DNA of 64,000 nucleotides from Takakia lepidozioides (GCA_030704615.1 CM060731.1:90644001-90708000); one strand, 5' to 3'; counted from the first letter of the stretch, positions 12,311 to 26,300 are shown. Translations and numbers: made by a program. The notes: a model not told the origin generated them from the letters alone.

Positions 12311-15300
12311 TGTCAAGGACGAGAACATGATTGAACACAAACAAGAGATCAGACCAGAGGTACAAGACTAGACAAGAAGTCAAGGTCGGCGTGGCCGAAT
12401 GCATGATGAGTAAATAGGAATCAAGACGATCTTTATAACAATGAACAAGAGTACAAGATATTGGAACACAACTTGAATACTGGAATGCTGGAAACTGGAC
12501 TGGAGTACCAGATACTGGAAACTGGGCTAGAGTACTAGGAAGTGGACTAGAGTACTGGGAACTGGAAACAAGAGTAGCTTGAACTGGTGTTGGCAAGACT
12601 GAAGAGTGTCCAGTCTCGCCTCCTATATATACTGGCTACTAGGAGGTTTCCTAAGAGGCTTCCCCAAAGGAGGTTTCTTGATGAAGAAGTTTCCTTAAAC
12701 AAAGGAGGTATCTTGATAGAGAAGTTTCCTTAAACAAAAGAGGTATCTTGATGGAGAAGTTTCCTCCAAAGGAAGTTTCCTGAGCAGTTTCCCAAGTTAC
12801 TCTCGGTAATTTGGTAAACTCCCGGTAACTTGGTAACTAATGGTAATTTATGGTAAATCATGATAGATCATGGTAACTTTCAATAACATGATAACTTGAT
12901 AACTTCTGGTATTTACTCCTGGTAAGTTCCTCTGGGCTATGTCCGTGACATCACCCCCTCCTTTAGCGCTGAATTCCTCGAGGAGCGGTAAAATCTTGGA
13001 CTTGCTTAGAGTTGGAGAACCTCCCTCCTTAGTGTGCATCAGGTACACTGAATGTGGAGTTTTCACCTTGAAGCTAACTTGGCTGGCATCATCGTTATGA
13101 CGTCTTATTGACGTGTAGCTCGGGGCTTAGCTGGATATCGTTGATGAAACTCTTGGACTTTGTCAGATGCATTGGCAAGGTTGGATGAGGGTTCTCACGT
13201 TCGTTCACTGATGTCGTAGCCTTTCCAATATATGAAATACTCAAGACGTTTATACTTGATACGGGAGTCTAGGACTTCGTCGACTTCATACTCGATTTCC
13301 TGATTGACTTCGATTGGTGGAGGTGGTACGAAGACTTTCCCTGGAATATTCGATAGATGATACAACTCCAATAATGAAACATGAAAGACTGGATGGATGC
13401 GCATACTTCGTGGGAGTTCAAGCCGAAAACTGACCGGATTTATTTGTCGACTAATTTTGAATGGTCCCAGACGTTGATAATCCAACTTCTTTGATGGTCG
13501 CGAGGTTTGTATGTTCCGTCGAAGAAGCCACACACGATCTCCGACCTTGAACTGGGGTTGGAATTGGCGATGTTGATCTGCATACTCCTTGTATTGTTTT
13601 TGAGCTTCTGCAAGGTGGAATGTAAGCTCCCTGTGAATCGTAGCAAGATGAGTAGCAAGGTTTTCTACACCAGGGCTTCCAACAGTCTTCATGTGGAAAG
13701 GGTTTGCTCGAGGATGATGACCATAATTGGAGAAAAATGGAGTTTGTTTGGTCGAAGAATGTATAGTGTCCAATTTCCAAGACCACTGATTCAATCCTTG
13801 TTATTGTAGATCGTTTTACAAAGATGACACATTTCATTCTATGTAATAAGACAGTTACCGGCGAGGAAACTGCAAGAATCTGCCTCAATAATATCTACCG
13901 CATTCATGGACTCCTGAAGGACATCGTATCTGATCGAGGACCACAGTTCATATCAAATTTCTGGAGGGGATTATTTCACATATTGGATACTAAGATCAAT
14001 CTCTCTACAGCTAATCATCCACAAACTGATGGACAAACCGAACGCGTAAATCAGATTTTGGAGCAGTATCTTCGCTGTACGATAAATTATCACCAAGATA
14101 ATTGGACGGACCTTCTGTCATTGGCTGATCCAATTCCATTATTTTGTTGAAGCCGAAATGTCCTGCAGCCGGAAGATCATGACATGTTTGAAGAATTTGC
14201 AGTCGTGTAGGTCCTGGAGGTACATATAGAAGTCCCTTGAAATAAAGTAAGTCATCTTTGAATTCAAAGTTGTTTGTAACATGTGGGTTGTCTCGATATA
14301 GACGAATTTGCCGAAAATAATGTAGCCTAGAAATTCGACCTCAGACTGGAAAAGACATTTTTCCAACTTGGCATATAGTCTTCTTTCTCTTAATTTATCA
14401 AGGACAAGGCGTACATGGCGGCCATGTTCTTCTTCATTATGTGAAAATATCAAAATGTCGTCCAAATAGATGACTACAAAGTCATCTAAAAATTCTCGGA
14501 AGATGTCATTCATCATGTGTTGGAAAATTGTTGGAGCATTTATAAGGCCGAAAGACATAACACTGTATTCAAAATGTCCATACTTTGTTCGAAAAGTTAT
14601 TTTCCATTCGTCTCATTCTTTTATCCGTACAAGGTTATAAGCTCATCTTAAGTCAATTTTGGTGAAAATCTTCGCTCATCCAGTTGGTCGAGAAGCCCAC
14701 AAATCAGCGACAACGGATAACGATTCTTAATTGTGACTTTGTTGAGATCGCGATAGTCCACACACATGTGTAATAATCCGTCCTTCTTTTTCACAAATAA
14801 GATGGGCGCCCCCGCAGGTGATTTTGAATGTCGGATGAAGTTCTTCGATAAATTTTCATCAATGTACTCACGTAATACAGCCAATTCCGTCTGGGATAAG
14901 TTATAGATTGGGCCGAATGGTGGTTGGGCTCCTTTTTGCAACTCAATTACACAGTCATAAGGTCGATGTTCTGACAATATGTCTACATTTTTCTTCTCGA
15001 AGACATCCTTGAAATCTTGATATTGAGTGGGTAATGTCAAAGTACATTTGTCTGTTGTGGTCTTGATCGGAGTCGCATAAAGTGCAAATGTCGCATCCTT
15101 TTTGGTAGCTCTCATGAAAGCTCTAGCTCCAAGGAACATGGGTAGAATACCTTTGATATTTCTACATTTTTGTCTTGCAGAAATTTTTCGTGATCGCCAG
15201 TCAATGTCATGATTGTGAAGTACGAACCAGGGAAGTCCAAGGATCACATGATTCGTTGGAGACTGGATGATGTTGAAAACAATATGTGATGCTTGATCTT

Positions 15301-16400
15301 CAAGCTTCACTTCAAGTGGTCGAGTTTCATGGTCAACATTTTCTGATGCTAACGGTCGTCCATCGATGACTTCAACGGGGGCCGATAGTTTCTTCTTTAC
15401 GAGCGTTAAATTGTGTTGCTTCGCAAAGTTTTTGTCAATAAAACATGCTAAAGCCCCTGAGTCCAAAAGTGCTTCTACAGAAATATCTCGATTTGCACTC
15501 TGATTTTTACCAGAACTATGAAGCAAGGTGTAGGGTCTGGAGGTAGAAAGAGACCTTTTTTTGGTGAGGAATTTATGGTGTCCAACCACATGGTCCCTAC
15601 TGTGACTGGACATCTTCGTTTTCCGACCTCCTCGTATCGAACACTTGAGTTGCGCCCCGAGCTTTGAATCTTCCCTTGTTGGGACAGTTTAATGTTATGC
15701 GATTTTCTTCTCCGCAATAGAGGCATAATCCATTCGAGCGCCGTCTTTGTTTTTTCTTGTGGCGTCAATGGCATGATGCGTTGTCGACCATCCAGATTGC
15801 TTCTCTTGACATCTTTCAAACAAACGATTATCGCATGCAATGACTTGGGTGATGAATTCACTCAGTGTGCTCACGTTTGGCATTGTTAGCAACAAATCTT
15901 TTACATCCTCTTTTAGCCCACATCGAAACTGACTAATGAGGCTCTTCTCATTCCAGTCGAGGTCGCACGCAAGTTGTCGAAATTCGGCAGCATAAAAAGC
16001 AGGATGTGCTCATTGTCGAAGATTTCGCATCTTTGTCGCTCAGGTTCCAAGGAGAAATGAGGATGCATCAGGGATTGGACATGCTTTTCTAGATTTTGCA
16101 TTAGTAACCATGCATTAGTCCCATTACTGGTTGCTTTCCATCAAACTCCCGCAAGACAATTAGCACTGGCTTTACCATATAAACAAAGTTCTCACATTTC
16201 TTCCAGAAATCATCATTGCGAATGATGTTCCGAACCTTTCAACTTTTGCCCAATGACTTGGCTTTAGTGCCGCAACGTTCGTGTGTACGCCTCCCATTGA
16301 GGATCGATGACGATGTGTTCAAGACTGCTCTTCACCGTCACCAACCGATCCACCATCAAGAAGTTAGTGACAAAACGAGTTTCGTCTAAATTCCGGAGGC
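12311..16400 (-). mobile_element. Second Ty3/gypsy chromovirus, degenerate and rearranged
   Basis: 3' LTR 12311-12950 (TG..CA, PPT adjacent), chromodomain/GPF (13195-13794), YLDD RT (14139-14558), LLDSGA protease (14648-15613), gag remnants to ~16400. RNaseH region deleted. Confidence 0.9.
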
Positions 16401-16403
16401 TGT

Positions 16404-16602
16404 TGTCATGGACATAGCCCAAAGGAACTTACCAGAAGTAAATACCAGAAGTTATCAAGTTATCATGTTACCAAAAATTACCGTGATCTATCATGATCTA
16501 CCATGATTTACCATTAGTTATCATTAGTTACCAAGTTACCGAAAGTTTATCAAATTACCGAGAGTAACTTGGGAAACTGCTCATGAAGCTTCATTTGGAG
16601 GA
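16404..16602 (+). repeat. Truncated LTR of the same family in the opposite orientation
   Basis: TGTCATGGACATAGCCC..AGGAACTTACCAG...GGGAAACTGCTCA is the reverse complement of ~12760-12950. Confidence 0.85.
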
Positions 16603-17894
16603 TTGCATTCCGAAGACTCTGCTTCTGAGGCAGATTCGATGAGTGACGATACTGTGTCTCGGAGGGACTCATCTGCCTCTGATAGTGGAGATGGGTCTGA
16701 TGATGCTCCCGACAATGCATATGACCCGTTTACGTTCACAGAGGACGATGTCTATATCCATCCGACCTTTGATGACCTTCTTGACGAAGTACGTATCGCA
16801 GATGACGGTGAAGCTGCAATTGTGTCCTCCCCAGAATATGGTCTTTAAAATGAAGTCGGGGTCGACTCTCGCCCCCCAGTACACGCTGAAGCCACCGGTA
16901 GTGGCCAAATGGAGCTCGGGGGTGATGAACTACCACGACCGAGCGACGTACGCAACCCTGTTCATACAAACGATGGTGTCGAACCCATTGTACAGTCGAC
17001 GGGACGAAAACATGCCTCGCTAATACGGCCAGCTCCACCACAATCCAAAAACCGATCCAGCTCCCCATCAACACAACGGGCATTAAGGAGCAACAAGGTT
17101 GATCTGTTTTTAACACACACGCATCATTCTGCTCCATTGGACCGGACGGAAGTTGAAGCCTCGGATGATGACAACCTGCCACTACAATTCCACCTTAACC
17201 GACTTATTGCGCAACAAACTCGTGGTTCCTCACATGCCGGACCATCTAATGCCAGTCCACCTCAGGCACACCCCTCTCCAAAACCTCCTTCGAGACCACC
17301 TTCGACGGCGTCTCAAATCCATAAACGACAGAGAACAGTCCAGCCTTTTGTATGCGATCGGCCCACAAACAGACCAGATACCGTGGATGGTATTCAAGAC
17401 CGGAGTGAGAATCGACCTCAGAGAAAATTAAATGTGGTTCGAGGTCGCTTACAAGTTCAAAGGCCTAGACATGGAAGGTCGGATAGGCAGGACGATTCCA
17501 GCACTGATCATGGTAATGGTGGTGAAGTCTAGGGGGACTCGGATTTTCAACTCATCAGAGCATCAAGATTAGGATCTTCTTCATCTCGTCGTCGAAGCAG
17601 CATAAGGAATTGAAGCAAAAAACTTTAGGCATCCACCAACACATTTTTGTAGACATATTTATTTTTATGTAGTGAAGCAATACTTGCGTGTTCCTTGTCA
17701 CTATGAGTATTTGTATTGATGTTGTGTATGTCTTGGGAAATAAAAGATGTTGCCCATGTGTATACCACCCAAAATGTCGGCGAAGACATCGTCACTTGCC
17801 CATGTTTGTGTTTGGTGCTTTGCTTTTGTAATGAGAAAATAATTGTGCCAATGCGCACAACTGTGCAGAAAATTGTCGGTTGTCGATTGTTGGT

Positions 17895-18152
17895 TCTCAT
17901 GGCGGTCGTATCGAATTTTTTTTTTGCTGAAAACATAGCGACCACCAATATGGCGGTCGCTTCCAAATATTTAATTATATTAAAAAAATCGGTGGTCTCT
18001 TGTGATTAAATTATTATTTAAATGGAGCGACCGCCAATGGCGGTCGTTTCCATTTAATTTGTTTTTTAAGTGCGGTCGGTTTTTGTTTTTGTTTTTGTTT
18101 TTGTTTTTTTTGTTTTTTTTGTAAATGCAGCGACCGCCAATACTGGCAGTCG

Positions 18153-18190
<38 letters not shown>

Positions 18191-18622
18191 GTAAATTCAG
18201 CAACCGCCATGACTGGCAATCGCTTGTGTTTTTTAATTTTTTTTAATGCAGTGACCGCCATTACTGGCGGTCGCTTCTATATTTTTATATTTTTAAAATG
18301 CAGAGACCGCCATTACTGGTGGTCGCTTGTATATTTTTATTATTTTTAAATTCAGCGACCGCCATTACTGGCAGTTGCTTTTAGTTTTAGTTTTTTTTAA
18401 ATAGAGCGACCGCCATTAGTGGTGGTTGTTTTTTTTTAATTTGTAAATTCAGCGACCGCCATTACAAGCGGTCGTTTTTTTTTTTTTTTTTTTAAAAATT
18501 TAATAGAACGACCGCCATTAGTGGCGGTCGCTTTTATTTGTAAATTCAGCGACGGCCATTACTGACGGTCGCTTTAATTTGGTTTTTTTGGAAAATGAAC
18601 GACCGCCTAGGTGGCGGTCGCT
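17895..18622. repeat. Array of ~12 hairpin palindromes GCGACCGCCA-TTAC-TGGCGGTCGC with T-rich spacers
   Basis: Copies at 17938, 18027, 18130, 18200, 18251, 18303, 18355, 18406, 18452, 18508, 18549, 18599. Confidence 0.9.
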
Positions 18623-18779
18623 TCTAAAAGATGTGCCCTGCGCGTGGCTCGAGGAATGAGGGTGGGGGGGCGGCATATAAGCCAAGGGAGGCTCATTTTC
18701 CTCTCACTTCCTCTCCACACAACTTCTGTGTGCGTGACATGTAATTATTCCACGACATAATTTGAAGTGGTCTCGTCAA

Positions 18780-19127
18780 CTCCTGGGAGAAGGCGGAGCT
18801 CCGCCTTCCCGTCGCCAGTTTTTGCTCAATTTTTAGCCATGACTAAATCTGTAGGGTTCCCCTATCTCTTCGCCTTTTTCTCGTTTTTTATCTCCCTATG
18901 TAGCGGTTCCATTAAAATCCCCTCTGCTCCATATTTAGCTCCATCTCTTGCCATAGCTCGTTGTATGGCTTTCCACACTGTCTCACAACCCCTTAACATC
19001 TTTGCTTCCCCTTCCCCTCCCAGTATGACTCGCCTCCTCCTCCCGCTTCCTTTAAGCCATTTCTCGTCCATTTTCTCTTCGATGTACATGCGGAAGTGTT
19101 ACACGATCGTTATCTGCCTCCCTGCCT
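18780..19127 (-). repeat. ~340-bp dispersed repeat ending in a GC hairpin; diverged copy on + at ~61785-62120
   Basis: Translations correspond (RRRVILGG..EAKML.GC...AMARDGAK..G.L.EPLH); terminal hairpins GAAGGCGGAGCTCCGCCTTC and GGGAAGGCGCCTTCCC. Confidence 0.75.
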
Positions 19128-21624
19128 GGTGGAACAGGCGCAACAGCTCTCAAGCTCAACTTCAAGCCAGAAGAAGCTTCGCGTTCCTCACTATGTCTCT
19201 GGCTAGTTCTATTTCGTTCATTTTATTGCTTAAGGATATGTTTGGACCAGTGTTGGGAGGTTATTACCTTTTGTAAGACCCGCTGGTTTTGGGTATTGGC
19301 AGTGGGAGGTTGTGGACATACCCGCCGGAGACCAATATTAGATTTTTTTTTAGGATTTTACATACCCGGGGGTTATCAATGAAGCCCATTATCAAAATTA
19401 TTAGACAACATATCAATAACAATCAAACATGGATGATAACCTACGTTATGGGCTGGGGTTTAAAAAAAAATCTTCAATCATTTTTTAAGAGCGCCCTGTC
19501 CATATAAAATTTATACAAATATTATATAAATGTACAAATATTATCTAATCACTAATTAATACTAATACTAATTTATTTATTTAGGTGGCTAGAATATAAA
19601 GTTAGTTAGTATTCCTAAGTTCTCTAAGTAGTCTGTATTTTTTAAGGTATGGTGTGTAAATTTGGGCAATGTTTGACAATATTTTAAGTATTAGTATCAC
19701 TTACCAGTTTAATATGTTTTTAAGGGGGTGCTAAATCCCTGAAGCGAGGGGAATCATAATATCACCAAAACTTTATCCGAGGGTCCGGATCTCAGCATCA
19801 ATATCAGCTCAGCACGTAACCGGCGGGTAGGTTATAACCATGTACCCTGCGGGTCCGGGTCCACATACCCGCATTAATACATGTATTGATACCCTCTACG
19901 TACCCAATACCCTCCCAGCACTGGTTTGGACCACGTTCAATCTGCGACCCCCATCTCGTCGAGACAGGAGCATCCGGTCTCAGAGCAGCTACCTCGAATA
20001 CATACGCGGTGCACGGCATCCCCACAGGCCCGCAGGCCACCCTCTATTTTACATTATTCTTCAAGGTGTTGTTTTCACTCTCTTTATCACTCTTGTCTGG
20101 CAACAACAACCCGCTCAGCGATGGAAGCTCTATCCCCCGCCCCGTCTATATCAGGCTGAAAGTCATCACGAATTTGCTACACCCACATTGACACATCCCC
20201 CGCGATGGATTACCGCGCCTTCTCAACGCATGTATGCAGCTAACTCCCTATGGCCGCCCCTCCCACCACCGCACACACCCACCCGTTGTGACCCAAGTTG
20301 GAGAACAGTCTCTCGTCCACGTGTTTACATTGGTTATAAGCTGGGAGGAGGTTACTGCTCACACCCCCACTCTTTTTATCAAGTCCAGCTGTTCCATACG
20401 GTGCAAAATACTCTACAAATGGCAGATCATGTTCAGAGGCCTCCTCCGGGCCTACAATATTATGAAGTTCTTCCAGAATGGTAGAGAAGTTTTGCTGCGA
20501 ACGTTGAGCAGCAGCACCCTCCTCCGCTGACAGATCGCTGACATCGGTCGGTCCCGTTGCCTTGGCTGCAGCAGAGACGCCGCCAACATCACCTGTCTCA
20601 AAATCAAGCAGGAATTGGGTTTCAGCTCGTGGAACCAGTTTTGCGGGAGACTGCTCCGCCCTCCCTCTGATTGCCTTCTGCTTCTTAATCTTTGTAGGTG
20701 AAGGTGTCTGCTGCATTTGAATATGCACTGCCCTCTTTTACTTCATTCTCTTGGGGGGCGGGGAAACGGCCTGGTCCGGTTCCGAAATCTCTTCAAGCAC
20801 GGGCTGCTTCTTCTTGTTCTTTGCTGGAGAAGGGGACGACCCTTGCTGGCGATTGTCCATGAGCTTCAACCGTGCGTCTTTGTCTTGTGCTTTCAACTTC
20901 AAAGCCTTGCCTTTCCAAATAACGTCTTTGAAACGCACAGGGCTAGGCCCGGCAGGAAGACCTGTGCTCGTGGATCGGCTGGGTGTGCGTGCTGCAGCTA
21001 CCTCCATGGATTCTTCCTGCAGCTCTTCGGATCCGTGTGATCCCTCCACCACCTCCATCTTTCGAGTTAGGCATGCAAACATCTTATGCATTCAAGTGTC
21101 CTAACATACAGTCTAACAATTGCACAACGAAAAGGAGGGAGGGTTTTGGTGCTCGATCAGCTGCGCACATCCCGATAGCACGGAGCTCTCACTGGAGGCT
21201 GCGTTGTCTGCTGCTGCGCGATGACCATCTCCTCCTGAAGACGCATCTGCTTCTTCCCCTTTGGCATTGGCCTTGGTCCGAAGTACAACTTGCGAAGCTT
21301 GCGACGACGTCTCTTCTCTGGTGCAGGAACTTCCTCCCTTTCAGGTTGGAGCATAAGAAGAACAGAGACATGGAAAAGGGGCGAAGAGTGCAGATGGAAA
21401 GGGCGCGAGAGGGGTGAATGAGCAACCACGACAAAAGAACATGAAACAGCGGGGATGCACCGCTTGGGTTCGAAAGGTTGGGCTGGAAGTGTCTCCTCGT
21501 GGACTATGCGTCATTAGGAAATTCGAATTGTTAAAGGTACGCGTGTAGTTTGCCGGACAGACATCATTTTCCAACGGTCAGGCCCCGCCGCCTCTTGCCA
21601 CTTCAGCCAGCATGAATGCAGACA

Positions 21625-23240
21625 TCAAAATGCGGCGCCGCATTACTACCATTTGATCTCGCCTTACCTTTCGCATCCCGATGCAGGATAAAAATGCCAA
21701 GGTGGACTCGAGACACATAGAAATGCGGTGCGCATTTCCGTTGGGCCACGTGTTCATTTATCATGAAGTAGGAGCCAGTATGGGAATGCTGAGGGGCATT
21801 CCGTTGGAACTGTTGGAAATTGTATGCCACGGACGGAAATACGGCACTGCATTTTCGTCCCAGCGTCTGTTGAGTTACAGTGAAAACCCGCATTTCCGTT
21901 CCAAGCAGCGTTGAGTTGGATGCACAACGGAAATGCGGTTTCATGCCTGAGATGGAAAACGGAAATGCGGCGCCGCATTTCCATTCGACTGTTTCATGAC
22001 TTTCATCCAGAACGGAAATGCGGTGCCACATTTCCGTTCCATGGCTACATGCCTTACATGTTGGACGGAAATGCGGCGCCGCATTTCCGTTTAACTGTTT
22101 TATGACTTACAATCACAACGGAAATGCGGCACCGCATTTTCGTTCCACTGTTATGTACCTCCTACCTGATCGGGCTGTTGAGTTGGTGACTCACTTTTCA
22201 GGGCCCGGGAATATTGTGTTGACACTGAGGGAGAACCGGAACAGGTTTATGTTGGACGCGCGCGAGTACCACGACGATGTTGAGGATCTCCCACCCGCCA
22301 TGGAATACCTGCATGTTTTCACGAACCTCACCAATATAGATGTCTTGTATCTTCATGTGCACCATCTCCATCCAGATACCGGCAATGGTGGCTAGACGAA
22401 CACAACGCCACTCCTCATTATGGACCTGTTCTTTGAAGACTTCGTCGTCCGTGTAGTCGATCTGAACACAATGGAATAGGCATCGGGACGGGGAACCTCA
22501 GGACATTGTCGGTTGCGTTTCAATTCTACAGGCCGTGGTAGTGTTGTCCTCCATTTGGGGAGATAAGTTATTTAGAGAGGACAAATTTTGTGACTTCTTC
22601 CAATCCAGAACAAAAATAAAATTTTGCTGAAGTATGGATTTCTCTTCTGAATCGAGATGTGTTGAGGTTCTTGTACTTTCTGTTGTTGTCTTGTGTGCCT
22701 GAAGTCTGCAAGGTTTTCAATCGGAGTTCGGAGTCCACCGTCAACATGTGATTTCTTACTGTCTTACTATTTTGGCATATGTTTCACAATTTAGAAAGAA
22801 ACATCCCGAACGGAATGCGGCACCGCATTTCCGTTCAACCATGTGCCCGGTGGTACACGGGACCAAAATGCGGCACCGCATTTCCGTCGGCTCACTTGCA
22901 AAGGAAGAGCCCGGACGGAAATGCGGTACCGCGTTTCCGTCGGCTCACTTGCAAAGGAAGAGCCCGGACGGAAATGCGGTACCGCGTTTCCGTCGGCTGC
23001 ATTCCAAAGTAAGAGCCCGGACGAAAATGCGGCACTGCATTTCCGTTCCTGCCTATCCAAGGTGTCCCAGTCGACGGAAATGCGGTGCCGCATTTTTGTT
23101 CAACCATGGCTTACTTGTCCCATTTTACCGAAATGCAATACCGCATTTCCGTTCCAGTTGACGGAAATGCGGTGCCGCATTTCCGTTCACAATCAGAGAG
23201 AGGATGATGTCGAATGGGAATGCGGCACTGCATTTCCGTT
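21625..23240. repeat. Palindrome array of copy 1 (GGAAATGCGGYRCCGCATTTCC), split by an ORF cassette
   Basis: 53-bp spaced runs at 21961/22014/22067/22120 and 22917/22970/23023/23076/23129. Confidence 0.92.
22153..22566 (+). pseudogene. Orphan ~137-codon ORF inside the copy-1 array, with two in-frame TAG stops
   Basis: MYLLPDRAVELVTHFSGPGNIVLTLRE...LDAREY...GG*TNTTPLLIMDLFFEDFVVRVVDLNTME*ASG...VVLHLGR*; non-repetitive and protein-like; absent from copy 2. Confidence 0.55.
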
Positions 23241-23381
23241 CCGTCATGTGCACTGGGATGCTTTGTTCCGATACAACAGGAATGCGGCCTGTCTTTAAGA
23301 GCACAACTTGGTTGTCTAACCGTTTTAACTAACACTCCTGGCACTTGTCAGTGCGAACGGTCATGTCTGCATTGAGAATAT

Positions 23382-26300
23382 GGTAGGATCCACCCTTAGG
23401 AAAAACTGTCAGAAGATGTTATTGGTTCGCCGAATTGGCCATCATTGTCATACATACTGGATATGGAATCGGAGCTCTCACCTTCATGCATGTATCTTGA
23501 AACATTCTGCTCGACTTCAATGTGCGACTTCCAATCGTCGATGGATTCTGCAGTTCCAGTTACGTGGTGCCACTAAGCTTTGGTCTGTCGCTATAGGGAA
23601 CCTCACACTTGCCAACTTCGTGTTGTGTTCGATGGCTCCCGATTCCTACACTATAGTTTGCTGTCCTCCGCAATTTGGGAGAGCCAGGATCCCAAACGAG
23701 GGAGGACTTTGCAGAGTGACTGAGACTTACCTATGTTCCAAATTCAAGCTCAAACCGGGCACAGTTTATTTGGAAGAAGAAAGGAAGGATGTTCCTGGAT
23801 AGGTTGATCAGACCATTGTCGTGCCAGGTGCCGACGGAGGTTGCGGAATGGAGTGGCACGTACCCCCATCAGACACCATCTTGTATCGCGCTGTGGGAAT
23901 GCCCATTCCCTTCCCGAATCAGTCGTTGCCCACACCATCCACAAAGGAGTCGGGAAACCGACAGGCGGCCACTGCCACCAGAGAGGTATGTAACGGATAA
24001 TCATTCCCGACCTGGACCGTCAAGACCCTCCATAGCTTTTTGTGTGGAGGTATTCGACATTTCAGACGAGGAAAATGAGTGCATGGAGGTCCCCATGTCC
24101 TCCACACGGTCGTCCAAATCCGACATGGACGTCACTGCAGGTGCTATGCATGTACCACCGAGCATAACTCCAACCCGCTCCATTGTGCAGCTCCTACGGC
24201 AACATCCTCGATGGTTCCCGCTCCGAGCTGGCTGCTCTCGACTATGCCAAATTTCTAGTCAGGAAGGTAACGTATCTACCTCCCGAAGTTGATGGTAATG
24301 TGATCTTCGAGTTTCCACCTGTTACTTTGTCAAACAAAGCCTCAGGGATGTTAACAGACATGGATCGAAAGCATGACGGACACCCCTGGTGTGTGACGAA
24401 GACCAGTAGCACAAAAATTGCTGATGGTGTTCGTGTACGATACGTCCTCTGTGCGGGGAAGCTGAGGTGCCTCAATCCAGCCTGCTTCCACTTTCTCTCC
24501 AAAGGAGGGCGGAGAAACGAGACGGATTGGACTGACACAACCCATCATCCATTCATTGTCTCTAGCTAGGCTCCAACGGGTATTTTCAAGTGCGCACATT
24601 GCAAAGAACCACCGACATGCATGTCCATGTGCAGAGCCAAGCAATCTTATGTCATCATTTGCTCCCGGACTTGACTAGAGCTTGCATACACGTTGGGGTC
24701 CACTGCCACCCCTTGGCAAGAGGCAACATGCGGGAGGCTGTGCACGAAGCACACGACATCATAAAAGAGGAGGTGAAATTGAGCCCCGGAGCCAGACCAA
24801 AGCAGATTCAGCTCAAGGCAGCCCGTAAAATTGCTCTTGGCAAAATTATGTCTGAAGATGGAAAGGACCGAGTGCCCTTGAACGAAGAGGAGATGCTTGA
24901 CCTTTTGGAGTCCGTCTCGCACGTTTGTAGTCCGAATGTGCGGAATCACATCGTATCTTGCAAGCAGGAGTTCGGCCGGGGGTCGGACATGCACTCAATC
25001 CTGGAGGTGAAACGAAGGATTGGATATGACTACATCCAAGGTAGCAGGTTTCCAGGGCAAGGCAACAAATTTGATCGTTGTTATATTTTTAAAATGTCAA
25101 CGTGTGGGCCTGGGAGTGGAGTCGACTTGGTCACTCGAATGACAACTGGAAACTTGTCGAATGCTTGGGTGATGTTTGACCACATCAAGCGAATTACAAA
25201 CCATCAATGGGTGACCATGGGTGCGCATGTTTATGACTATCACTCAAAGAGGCTCATGACGATTGCAATCTGCGAGATGAAAGGGGAGGACACACAGTCG
25301 GAGATAAATCTGTGGGAGGGCATAAACGAACAGATGGCAAAGGCAGGTTTCCCAAAGCCCAATTTCAGGGGATTCATGGCAGACAACGCTCAGGCCAACT
25401 GGGCAGCGGTGCGGCGTGTGTATGGTGAGGACCCCAATGTTCCAATGGAGGGGAAAGAGAGATCATGTGGATTCCATTGGATGCAGAGTCTATCTCACTA
25501 CACTACCAAATTTGTTGCTAGCTCATTCCAAGCTGAACACTGTGTCCTTTGTACGGCGTGGAAGGATGCACCCACATTTGATGACGCAGATGTTAAGTTT
25601 GCTATCATGAGGCTTGGTGGAACACGTCAGGTGCAGTGGAGACAACCAATCTGGGAGCCTTGCACAGCTGGTTGGGGTGGTGGCATTTCCGGTATGGAGA
25701 GTTCGGATAGTACAAGCGGGAGGTATGATGCTAGACTTTTGCTGCAATTGTCGTTCTATTACGAACCTTTCCATTTTTCCCTCACCCTTGTTTATATCCT
25801 TGTAGGAGCGGTGCCTGGATTCTGACACGGACATGCCAAACACGAATATGGCTGAATCAGTCCACTCCTCCTGGCAAGCGTCTTCTGCCGCACATCTGGT
25901 GGACGTAGTGACGGCCACAACGGAGGACATCGACAGAGCAATTATGCAGCAAGCCAGGTACTACAAGTTCTTGAGCCGGAAACAATGGGGCTTTGGGCCG
26001 GATAGGGATGAATTGTTGGTACGAACAGCTTTGAGGTCGAAGAATCCACTGAAATGGGTGACAACATTGCGAGAGAAGATCAAAAGGACGCATCTGCACC
26101 GTAGAGGTGAACACTTAGAGGGGGACGTCCGTACTCGCCTTATGAGGCGGAGGATTGAAGAGGAACCCGGGTGTGAAGAGGATTCCTGGAGATCCGACAG
26201 GAACATTCGGTCAACACCTCGAGGTCCCGTCATGTTGCCGCACAATCTGTCTTCCATCAGTGGAAGCTTAAGAGTTTCCAGATCGCCATCGCCTTCAAGC

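Noticed and set aside
19270-20430. Left TIR and TSD of MULE copy 1
   Set aside because: No CATGAGC-rich terminus or CGGCGATGCA duplicate was found; the copy is treated as truncated or chimeric.
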